Below, piece by piece: positions 1 through 7,282 of a DNA stretch of 44,602 nt. The stretch is from Flavobacteriales bacterium (GTDB taxonomy: Bacteria; Bacteroidota; Bacteroidia; NORP154). The DNA lies in assembly GCA_012966015.1 (NCBI GenBank), contig DTRI01000023.1:1-44602 (forward strand). The letters are read 5' to 3'. Position 1 is the stretch's first letter, and each line of letters opens with the position of its first letter. Made by a program: the position numbers and the translations under genes. Below the pieces are notes generated by a model. That model saw only the letters and a list, made by a program, of their open reading frames with translations, made no database searches and had not been told where the DNA came from.

Positions 1-267
1 GGCGAAGACGCGGTAAACTCATTGTTTGATCTGTATCCAAATCCAAACGGAGGCTCATTTACAATTGACATGCGAATACCTGGAGTGGAAAGCTGGAAGC
101 TGAAGATCTTCAATATCCTGGGAAGCGAAATATGGAGTGAAAACCTCGGTGTAGTGAATGGAAATATGTTGAAGTCAATTGACCTGCGACAAGAAGATTC
201 TGGTGTTTACTACATACAGCTGTATAACGATCATGTGACACTGCGCAGAAAAGTGGTGATTTACTAG
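1..267 (+). CDS. 3' fragment of a secreted protein ending in a T9SS type-A (Por) C-terminal sorting domain; the 5' end lies outside the window
   Basis: Frame 1 is open from base 1. The translated tail ...LYPNPNGGSFTIDM...GVYYIQLYNDHVTLRRKVVIY* has the PNP-x-x-G start and alternating hydrophobic beta pattern of Bacteroidota T9SS CTDs. The same tail type ends the products of 2871..5144 and 40213..44367. Confidence 0.8.
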   Translation, partial: GEDAVNSLFDLYPNPNGGSFTIDMRIPGVESWKLKIFNILGSEIWSENLGVVNGNMLKSIDLRQEDSGVYYIQLYNDHVTLRRKVVIY

Positions 268-279
268 CAGTACCTTACA

Positions 280-294
280 GGCCCCTAGCGGGCC
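280..294 (+). terminator. Weak stem-loop downstream of the partial CDS
   Basis: GGCCC-CTAGC-GGGCC (5-bp stem) starts 13 nt after the stop and is followed by GGGCTTTGTTGTT. The stem is short and the U-tract is interrupted. Confidence 0.3.
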
Positions 295-299
295 GGGCT

Positions 300-325
300 T
301 TGTTGTTGGCGGTCCGGACGAGACT
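300..325. repeat. 26-nt exact copy of the tRNA-Asp 3' end plus its downstream flank (pseudo-tRNA fragment / att-like repeat); partner copy at 476..501
   Basis: TTGTTGTTGGCGGTCCGGACGAGACT occurs identically at 300-325 and 476-501. In the second copy, 483-501 is the 3' acceptor/T-arm end of the intact tRNA-Asp. Confidence 0.85.
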
Positions 326-454
326 ATTCGCTCCACCGGTGGTGTAGCTCATGGAAATTGGGGGGAGATCAACAACAATAAAGCCTTTGGATTTTTTTAT
401 TTGGTTCTAGCTCTTTCTAGAACAAGTTCTGGCCTTACTCTCACCAAATAAAAA

Positions 455-471
455 GCCCCGCGATGCGGGGC
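455..471 (-). terminator. Intrinsic terminator of tRNA-Asp, usable in both directions
   Basis: GCCCCGC-GAT-GCGGGGC is a 7-bp GC stem. An A-run lies on the + strand (446-454), which is a T-run downstream on the minus strand. TTTATTGTTGTT lies on the other side. The hairpin is 12 nt past the tRNA 3' end. Confidence 0.7.
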
Positions 472-482
472 TTTATTGTTGT

Positions 483-559
483 TGGCGGTCCGGACGAGAC
501 TCGAACTCGCGACCTCCTGCGTGACAGGCAGGCATTCTAACCAACTGAACTACCGGACC
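483..559 (-). tRNA. tRNA-Asp (anticodon GTC), CCA encoded
   Basis: The reverse complement reads GGTCCGGTAGTTCAGTTGGTTAGAATGCCTGCCTGTCACGCAGGAGGTCGCGAGTTCGAGTCTCGTCCGGACCGCCA. It folds as a cloverleaf with a 7-bp acceptor stem, anticodon loop CTGTCAC, T-loop GTTCGAGTC, and a close resemblance to bacterial tRNA-Asp. Confidence 0.95.
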
Positions 560-597
560 AAAACATAAAAGATCGTCACATAAAATTATGCGAGGTG

Positions 598-605
598 CAA
601 AGATA
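598..605 (-). promoter_or_regulatory. Candidate Bacteroidota -7 box (TAtcTTTG) for tRNA-Asp
   Basis: The + strand CAAAGATA is TATCTTTG on the minus strand, matching the TAnnTTTG -7 consensus of Bacteroidota sigma-A promoters. It lies about 39 nt upstream of the mature tRNA 5' end. Confidence 0.4.
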
Positions 606-704
606 AATTTAAAATCTTCATATTTTCAAATATCTGAGCATTATCCACGCAATGGTGGCCGTTCACAAATGTGGGACATACAAAGCCAAACTCATCGCGA
701 TCAC

Positions 705-946
705 ATTCTTTCCAGCCTTGCTCTTTCTTTGAAGTGATCTGGGATTAGCTGCGCCTTCACTCTGCTCAGGCTTGCTGATCCCCAGGGGGGAACCTACAAG
801 GCCAATGCCCTAATCGCCTGAAGCGATTCTTTCCAGCCTTCCTCTTTCTTTGAAATGATCTGGGATTAGCTGCGCCTTCACTCTGCTCATGCTTGCTGAT
901 CCCCAGGGGGGAACCTACAAGGCCAATGCCCTAATCGCCTGAAGCG
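705..946. repeat. Tandem direct repeat, 2 x 121 bp (705-825 and 826-946), 3 mismatches
   Basis: I aligned the copies by eye. They differ only at G/C, G/A and G/T positions. Each unit holds an imperfect inverted repeat (CTGGGATTAGC ... GCTGATCCCCAG). There is no ORF, and the repeat lies between the two tRNA genes. Confidence 0.9.
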
Positions 947-1034
947 ATTCTTTTATTTGTCGTTAGCCAATTGCGAGTAAACTCGCATTGTCTTACTCCA
1001 AATAAAATCTCTGCGAGGTTCGGCATTGGCCTTG

Positions 1035-1123
1035 CGGAGAGAGAGGGATTCGAACCCTCGGTACAGTCTAAACCGTACGCCAGTTTAGCAAACTGGTCCT
1101 TTCGGCCACTCAGGCACCTCTCC
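1035..1123 (-). tRNA. tRNA-Ser (anticodon GCT), long variable arm, CCA not encoded
   Basis: The reverse complement reads GGAGAGGTGCCTGAGTGGCCGAAAGGACCAGTTTGCTAAACTGGCGTACGGTTTAGACTGTACCGAGGGTTCGAATCCCTCTCTCTCCG. The anticodon loop is TTGCTAA, there is a class-II long extra arm, and the T-loop is GGTTCGAATCC. Confidence 0.93.
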
Positions 1124-1136
1124 GGTAAACGGGAAG

Positions 1137-1144
1137 CAAAAGTA
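1137..1144 (-). promoter_or_regulatory. Candidate -7 box (TActTTTG) for tRNA-Ser
   Basis: The + strand CAAAAGTA is TACTTTTG on the minus strand, matching TAnnTTTG. It lies 14 nt upstream of the tRNA 5' end. Confidence 0.45.
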
Positions 1145-1314
1145 GTAAATTAAAGAACGCCTCCACTCGATAATGGAACCGCTTTCGCCAAAGCCCTCAT
1201 ACTCATCCAAGAAGGTGCCAATTGGCGCAGTTTCTATATTCTTCGTTCACTCACACTTTAAGATTGAAATAAAGAAAAGAATTCCCGGGAAAGAAGTATT
1301 AGGAAAGTCTATCG

Positions 1315-2409
1315 TTATACCAGCGCTCCTACGCTGTACCAGGTCTCGCCATCTGAACGTTCTACATACTCGTGTACCAACGGCTCCTTGGTAACCCTGG
1401 ATACATCAATTAAACCTACGCTGGCATTGTTAGACTCACTGTGAAGATTGCTCTTCAAATCAGCGCGAAATCTATCATTGAGCTCTTCAGTGCTCAAATC
1501 TTTTAATGATGCCAGTTGTGCATTTAAGGTTTTCTTTGCCTCCTCAGTCACTGGGTTTGATGCATACACAAACTGTCCATCATCACACAGAGAAATCGCA
1601 AAAAGGCCTTGATTGGATCCATCCTTCGTCAAACCGTAGTCGCAAATGTTTTGCATCAACTCCAGGCTTACATGAAATACTCTTTTCGATTCCACAATCT
1701 TATCCGTCTGATTACCCTCAATAAAATTCAACATAGGTTTGATTGTACTGCGGCTGAAATCTCCTTTAAACAAGAAAACAACATTGTTATCTGAAAGCTT
1801 CTGATGCATCATGATGGTTTCATCAATCTTCAAGCTTTCAACTTCTTCCGTAGTGGCGTCCTTGGCTCCTATGCTCAATTGAAGTTTAAAATGGTATCGA
1901 TTATCTTCAGCATCTTCAAATTTATATTGCAGCTTGTTACCTGATTTCCGCGCCATCTCAATGAGGCCCAGTCCAGCGCCTCCCTTTTCAGATAACTCAC
2001 CATGAAGCAAAATCTTGTTGTATTGCTCCTTCAGCTCATCCTTGTTCAGCCTATTTACTTTATCGAGGTTTTTAACCAGCAGTTCTTTGGTTTCCTTTTC
2101 AACGATATTGGATGAATATATGGTGATTACTTTCCCCCTATGCTGTACACCGAACATACTCCCCTTCTTATCCGTCTCCTTGCGTTCCAGCCTGTGCCTA
2201 ACGATGTTTTGAAAACTCTCAGCCAATAAATAGGAAATTCTCTTTCTGGACTTCTTCATATCATCCTTGTTCTCCAGATTAAATTCACTTAACTCGATAA
2301 TTACCGCTGTGAATTCATCGTCGAACTTTCCCTGATACCAAATGTTAAAATCATCCGGTGCCATGGAATGAGTAAGGGGGATAAAATTTTGAAGGCCTAC
2401 TGAACTCAT
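1315..2409 (-). CDS. Tandem SiaB-like (GHKL/RsbW-type) Ser/Thr kinase-fold protein: an intact N-terminal domain plus a degenerate C-terminal domain
   Basis: The N-half aligns by eye along its full length with the 185-aa product of 28765..29322: RKRISYLLAESFQNIVRH vs KKRVYNVLVECLQNLYHH, and NKDELKEQYNKILLHGELSEKGGAGLGLIEMARKSGNKLQYKF vs DKDELKALYKEILNNDSFSEKGGGGLGLVDIARRTGQKLGYNF. The C-half repeats the same layout (VFLFKGDFS, KRVFHVSLELMQNICDYG, STEELNDRF), but the Gly-rich lid is replaced by NNASVGLIDV. Confidence 0.8.
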   Translation of the reverse strand: MSSVGLQNFIPLTHSMAPDDFNIWYQGKFDDEFTAVIIELSEFNLENKDDMKKSRKRISYLLAESFQNIVRHRLERKETDKKGSMFGVQHRGKVITIYSSNIVEKETKELLVKNLDKVNRLNKDELKEQYNKILLHGELSEKGGAGLGLIEMARKSGNKLQYKFEDAEDNRYHFKLQLSIGAKDATTEEVESLKIDETIMMHQKLSDNNVVFLFKGDFSRSTIKPMLNFIEGNQTDKIVESKRVFHVSLELMQNICDYGLTKDGSNQGLFAISLCDDGQFVYASNPVTEEAKKTLNAQLASLKDLSTEELNDRFRADLKSNLHSESNNASVGLIDVSRVTKEPLVHEYVERSDGETWYSVGALV

Positions 2410-2870
2410 TTTCTAATACGTCTGAACTAATTTAAACAATTTCAGGTTATCATGCAATCCCAATCCAATTGAAATCAATTCGAATTTCAGGCTTTGTTCA
2501 AAAACTGCGCTGATTTTAGTGAACAGCCTAGCAAATTTAAAAAAGTACACCGAAAATACAAGGCGATTTAAGATTTTATGTAATGGGGTTATACCCTTAA
2601 CAATCCTCGAAGTGATAGTCAATTACCAGCAAATTATCTTTCCATGCCGCAGATATATCAGGTTATCCCATAAAAATACAGAAAAGCTGAGACTGAATAC
2701 CCGTTACAGATTCAAACCTGGAAAGGGGGGTTATCATGGGCTAAGCAGTATGGAAATCAAAAAGGCTTGTTAGCAATCATGGCAATTATTGACTTGTCCT
2801 CAACCATGCAACTATGATCTGAATAGTGTGAAGATCACACAAGCCATCTATATATTATCTGAATATTAAA

Positions 2871-5144
2871 TCAATTGCTTTTGATAAAAACCGGGCTTTT
2901 CAGAAATTCACCGGAGGTTAATTCAATTTCAAGCAGGTAGAATCCAGCTTTCAGATCAGTGAGATTAATCGAATTGTTCGTTAACTGGCTTGTACTTTTT
3001 ATCACTTCACCTAAAAGATTGTACACTGCGGCCCTTCCCGCTCGTTGTTCAGGAGCAAGCTCAAAATGCAGTTGGCCATTGGTAGGATTGGGAAAAAGCC
3101 TCAGGATTTTAATTGGTTCAAGCTCAGGCCCATTTGAAATAATTAAAGCCACTGTGGCACTGTCTGTATATGTACATCCCAATACATCCGTAACCGTAAC
3201 AGAGTAGTTGCCACTGACAAGGTTGCTAGCCATTGCTGTCGTTTGAGCTGCGGGATCACTCCATAAATATGTATTGGGCGGCGTACTGGCCACTGAAACA
3301 AGGGCAGTTCCATTGCCACTACCTGAATCAGCCGTTGTTGTAATCAATCCGGTAATGGTGGACAAGGAATAGCCAATGACTCCAGTCGTATCACTGACCG
3401 TTGCCCCCAAGGCGTCGGTAATAGTAACAGTGTAATAAAGTCCAACACACAACCCGGTAGCCGTATCATCATTCATTCCTAAGCTCACACCAAGGCTATC
3501 CTTCCAGTCATAGGTATAGGGAACCGCTCCGCCATATGCAGTTAGGACTGCCATCCCGTTGCAAGAATCACCACATGCTGCGTCCAGCGTTTCACTGATA
3601 AACCCCGCCAAGGTAGGCACGGCTGGCAAGATACCCCTCTGTTCAAACCAATAGTATATTGTATAGTAATTGGCTCCGCCGTTTAGCAGGCTGTCTGCAT
3701 CCAGGAACATATACGCAGCATCTGTGTATGTTATATTTTGAGCGTAGCTATAAATGGACTGAAGCATAAGCTGGTCTGTGGTCTCCCTACCCAGGGATTC
3801 CCATATCTGCATAATAGTCGACGACCATATTTCACCGTCAGCATGGGATCCATTACCCATATTGTTGGGATAGGTTTTTGTCGTCGCGGCAGTTCTTCCA
3901 TTCCAGCAGTCCAGGCTGTGACCATCCCAGGAAAACATATCTGCCCAATTGAAGTCGTTAATTGCCCTGCCATATGAAACGGCAAAATAATCGCCAATGG
4001 CCTCGTCCAAAGCTTTCCTCTCTGATCCTACCCATGTGTTGGGTGCTGCGCTAGCCGTGATGGCATGTCCATATTCATGAAGAATAACATCGGCATCCTC
4101 TGCATCATCTACACAACCTTCTCCGAAGTACAATTTATTGGATTGGTACATAGAATTATCTGCACCATTGAGCGCATGCGCATCAACCCCAATGGAGTAG
4201 TTACAGATGTTCATAAAACCCAGCGATTGTATATACAGTTGAAATTCATGCAGATGGTAATAACAATTTACATCTTCAAACTCTTCGTCAGCTCGCATAT
4301 AGTTGAATTGTGGCAAAAGGCTAAATGCTGGAGTGGTAACAGGATTTGAAAATTCACGAATCTCTACCCAAGGCCCCTTTAGCGAGAAGGTATCATTCGT
4401 AAAATCCACGGTGATGCTCACATCAATTAATTCTGCGTTGAGCTCAGGAATATCAACGTCTCCGCTATCGACGTAAGGTGAACCATAAACTACTTCGGCA
4501 GAAGTTAGGGGATCCGGTAGAAATACTTTCGCCTGAACGGTGGAGTCCTGCCCCTGGAAGTATCGGTTCAGGTCCTGATAATAGAGGACTTCACCCCAAT
4601 AATCCAGCACCACCTCATAGTAGCTGTGGTCAGATTCAAAGATTCTGAGTTGCATCGCGGGCACCAATCGACCTTCATTGTTAAAAAACATCCGGACCTT
4701 TTTAACCGAATCCAACAGTGGAACGCGGTCCAAATATGCATCGGCAATCGCCTTTTCAGGAAATCGGAAATCCAGCCGCTCTGTCACCCTGTATGAATTA
4801 TCTATAAGTGACCTGACCTTGCCCTTTTTATCGAGATTCACCTTGACCTGTGAACCATATAATGGAACCCCATAATGCGATTGCACATAGGTAAAATGAA
4901 AACCAGCGGGGCTCTCGATCATTTCGACAAATTCCAGTGCATTAATCCCGTACTGGTTTTTAAAATCAAGCTGTTTAATCAGATAATTTACAACGTGATC
5001 GTTATCTGCAACCTCTACCCTGCCCTTAAAGAAATAGGTTTTACTCCTGTCATTGTCAACATCCGGGTACCTGGGTGTTACGCCAGATTTCTGTGCGAAA
5101 ATGTGAATTGGCAGGAATAGCAATATGACGGCGAGCTGTTTCAA
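2871..5144 (-). CDS. Secreted thermolysin-like (M4/M36-type gluzincin) metalloprotease with FTP/PepSY-like propeptide, two SprB-type repeats and a T9SS type-A CTD
   Basis: A signal peptide is present (MKQLAVILLFLPIHIFAQ; the start codon is apparently TTG). The HEYGH zinc motif is followed by LDEAIGDYFA, comparable to thermolysin INEAISDIFG. Other matches are GGAVPYTYDW-type repeats and the C-terminal LFPNPTNGQLHFEL...FIKSN. Confidence 0.85.
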   Translation of the reverse strand: MKQLAVILLFLPIHIFAQKSGVTPRYPDVDNDRSKTYFFKGRVEVADNDHVVNYLIKQLDFKNQYGINALEFVEMIESPAGFHFTYVQSHYGVPLYGSQVKVNLDKKGKVRSLIDNSYRVTERLDFRFPEKAIADAYLDRVPLLDSVKKVRMFFNNEGRLVPAMQLRIFESDHSYYEVVLDYWGEVLYYQDLNRYFQGQDSTVQAKVFLPDPLTSAEVVYGSPYVDSGDVDIPELNAELIDVSITVDFTNDTFSLKGPWVEIREFSNPVTTPAFSLLPQFNYMRADEEFEDVNCYYHLHEFQLYIQSLGFMNICNYSIGVDAHALNGADNSMYQSNKLYFGEGCVDDAEDADVILHEYGHAITASAAPNTWVGSERKALDEAIGDYFAVSYGRAINDFNWADMFSWDGHSLDCWNGRTAATTKTYPNNMGNGSHADGEIWSSTIMQIWESLGRETTDQLMLQSIYSYAQNITYTDAAYMFLDADSLLNGGANYYTIYYWFEQRGILPAVPTLAGFISETLDAACGDSCNGMAVLTAYGGAVPYTYDWKDSLGVSLGMNDDTATGLCVGLYYTVTITDALGATVSDTTGVIGYSLSTITGLITTTADSGSGNGTALVSVASTPPNTYLWSDPAAQTTAMASNLVSGNYSVTVTDVLGCTYTDSATVALIISNGPELEPIKILRLFPNPTNGQLHFELAPEQRAGRAAVYNLLGEVIKSTSQLTNNSINLTDLKAGFYLLEIELTSGEFLKSPVFIKSN

Positions 5145-5232
5145 ATAAATTCCTTTTTTATCTATATACTAAATTACTCAATATTATATATAACGGTCTT
5201 CAGGCAATTTTGTTACCAGAGAGAAATTAAGT

Positions 5233-6099
5233 CTATGCTACAGAAATGATTGCAATAGAAAGCAGAGCCAATAGAATTCCCAACATATTTAATTTTGAAA
5301 CCTTTTCCTTAAAAAAGACGATGGCTGCGAGGGCCGAAAAAACGACAATACTGATATTATTTACAGGGAATAACACAGAGCTCTTCATTCCACTGTTCTC
5401 GAAAGCTTGCAGGAGAAAATAGATAGATCCATAATTCGGTAAACCGAGCAATACGCCTGCATACACACTCTTTATGCTAAACTTCGTTTTGCAAATCACA
5501 ATATTGAGCCCGGCGACCACAAATCCAATTGTTCCCGCCACCGCAAAGAGTACAGTGCTGAACCTATTGAAGTCTTCTGCAGAAATCACCCTTTCCTGTG
5601 TGTACTTCAATATTGTATCCAGCAATCCGGTTCCAAGGAACAATATGATTGGCAATACAATTATTTTCCTGGATTTTGAAAGTTTATATCCTGGTTTATA
5701 AAAGGTAAGCGCTACAGATAGTAACGCTATGGTTATTCCGGCAACCTTGAGAATGTTCAAGGTATCACCATATAGATAAATCGCAAATATAACGGGAATG
5801 ATGAGCGAAACTTTTGTAGCAACAGAGGCCACAGAAACACCAACTTTCTGGGTGGTAATTGCAATTATATTGAACATAGAAATGAACAGTACTCCTGTAA
5901 AGATGGCTATGTAGATCCACTCATTGCAGTCGCTTTGTATAGAACCTGAATATCCACCATTAGCGAATAGCGCACAGAGTGCAGCCGTTATATAGTTGAC
6001 TACTATCGCCTGAAAATTATTGATGCCAAATTTTTGAAATTGCTTGAATATCAAAAAGATGCAAGTGGAAGATATAATACTCAGCAGGAGATAATGCAT
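5233..6099 (-). CDS. DMT/EamA-family membrane transporter (about 10 TM)
   Basis: This is a 288-aa protein, hydrophobic throughout, with a two-fold 5-TM layout. Its start overlaps the ribD stop (TAATG), which suggests co-transcription. Confidence 0.7.
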   Translation of the reverse strand: MHYLLLSIISSTCIFLIFKQFQKFGINNFQAIVVNYITAALCALFANGGYSGSIQSDCNEWIYIAIFTGVLFISMFNIIAITTQKVGVSVASVATKVSLIIPVIFAIYLYGDTLNILKVAGITIALLSVALTFYKPGYKLSKSRKIIVLPIILFLGTGLLDTILKYTQERVISAEDFNRFSTVLFAVAGTIGFVVAGLNIVICKTKFSIKSVYAGVLLGLPNYGSIYFLLQAFENSGMKSSVLFPVNNISIVVFSALAAIVFFKEKVSKLNMLGILLALLSIAIISVA

Positions 6100-7136
6100 T
6101 AGTCTCTGGAATTGGTAAGGTAAGATATGAAGTTATTACCCAGTGATTCCGTTTTCAGCTGTTCCCCTGATATCTCAGGAGCCTCTATTCCACCTCCGAA
6201 AGTAACTGGTGAAGTAATTATTCTTGCCTCATCCCACAGGTTCGCTGCTATAAATGAGCTGTGTAGCTGTGCACCACCTTCCACTAAAATGGACTGTATA
6301 TCTCTGGAGGCCAGTTCATTTAGCACATTGGTGAGCAAATCCTGATCGAAGTCTAATTTGAGATGCTCTAAATTGTGCTCTCTATCAGATTTATGTTCAT
6401 TTACCACGATTGTGGATGTTTTACCGTCGAGTAAATGGCTGTTCTGCGGTATTTGCAATTCCCGGTCCAATACTACCCTCAATGGATTTACCCCGTCTAT
6501 TTCCCTTACTGTAAGCTGCGGATTATCAATTAAGGCAGTATTCGTACCCACCATAATAGCCTGTTCTTCACCTCGCCATTGGTGAACGAGCTGCTTTGAT
6601 TGCTCGTTACTTATTGCTGTTTTTACATCGCCAGCCTTGGCCATAAAACCATCTGATGTTTGCGCCCATTTGAGAATAATAAATGGCCGCTTTTTTTTGT
6701 GGAGTGTTAAAAACCTACGGTTCAGTTCATAATTGCTTTCACTCAATATTCCTTCAATAACTTCTATCCCAGCTTCTCTCAGCTTTTCAATACCCCTTCC
6801 TTCAATTTGGATGTTGGGATCCCGATGGCCGATAACCACTTTGGGAACTCCCGCTTCAATAATCCTTCTGGTGCAAGGAGGTGTTTTGCCGAAGTGATTG
6901 CAAGGTTCGAGGTTAACGTAGAGCGTACTGCTACCCAACAGCGATTTATCTTCAACCGATTCAAGTGCTTTAATTTCAGCGTGCAGCTCTCCAAATATCG
7001 AATGGTAACCCTCACCAATAATCTCGTCTCCGAACACTACTACACAACCCACCAATGGATTAGGAGCAACTCTGCCCATGCCTTTTTGGGCAAGATCGAT
7101 GCATCGCTGCATATATTTTTCGGAATCTTCAGTCAA
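6099..7136 (-). CDS. ribD: Bifunctional riboflavin biosynthesis protein RibD (pyrimidine deaminase / uracil reductase)
   Basis: The CMP/dCMP deaminase zinc motifs HAEIKAL and LEPCNHFGKTPPC are present, followed by a RibD C-terminal reductase domain (RPFIILKWAQTSDG ... LVEGGAQL). Confidence 0.93.
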   Translation of the reverse strand: MTEDSEKYMQRCIDLAQKGMGRVAPNPLVGCVVVFGDEIIGEGYHSIFGELHAEIKALESVEDKSLLGSSTLYVNLEPCNHFGKTPPCTRRIIEAGVPKVVIGHRDPNIQIEGRGIEKLREAGIEVIEGILSESNYELNRRFLTLHKKKRPFIILKWAQTSDGFMAKAGDVKTAISNEQSKQLVHQWRGEEQAIMVGTNTALIDNPQLTVREIDGVNPLRVVLDRELQIPQNSHLLDGKTSTIVVNEHKSDREHNLEHLKLDFDQDLLTNVLNELASRDIQSILVEGGAQLHSSFIAANLWDEARIITSPVTFGGGIEAPEISGEQLKTESLGNNFISYLTNSRD

Positions 7137-7282
7137 CTTTTCTGGTTTGATAAAATAATCTGTCTGATGGTAATTATTGCATTTCTAATCTGGAATAATA
7201 GCCTTCCGACACAGACAATTTTCGGAAAATTATGCAGAAATTCCTAATTTAGCAATGTGTTCACATTAGAACAAAGGGTATA

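Noticed and set aside
705-946. CRISPR array interpretation of the tandem repeats (also considered for the T-rich block at 30344..30431)
   Set aside because: The units are contiguous with no unique spacers. There are only two 121-bp copies (or 8-11-bp micro-repeats in the T-rich block), and no cas genes occur in the window.
971-1394. ORFs 971..1153 and 1173..1394
   Set aside because: The first overlaps the tRNA-Ser gene on the opposite strand. The second overlaps the 3' end of the tandem SiaB-like CDS. Neither has coding-like composition.
2413-2773. 69-aa (-) and 84-aa (+) ORFs in the 460-bp gap between 2409 and 2871
   Set aside because: They mutually overlap, have no signal or motif, and have odd composition. 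The gap more likely holds the promoter or leader of the 1315..2409 gene (a possible TAaaTTTG -7 box at 2532-2539) and the protease terminator region.
6807-7247. 146-aa + strand ORF overlapping ribD, plus the other short ORFs inside ribD (6127..6345, 6358..6585, 6779..7018)
   Set aside because: ribD on the minus strand has unambiguous catalytic motifs across this span. The overlapping frames have no recognisable features.
7137-7282. Possible FMN riboswitch upstream of ribD
   Set aside because: I checked both strands. Only a vague resemblance (ATCTGGAATAATAGCCTTCCGACACAG) to part of the FMN aptamer 3' half exists. It is on the wrong strand for ribD, and the conserved 5' half is absent.
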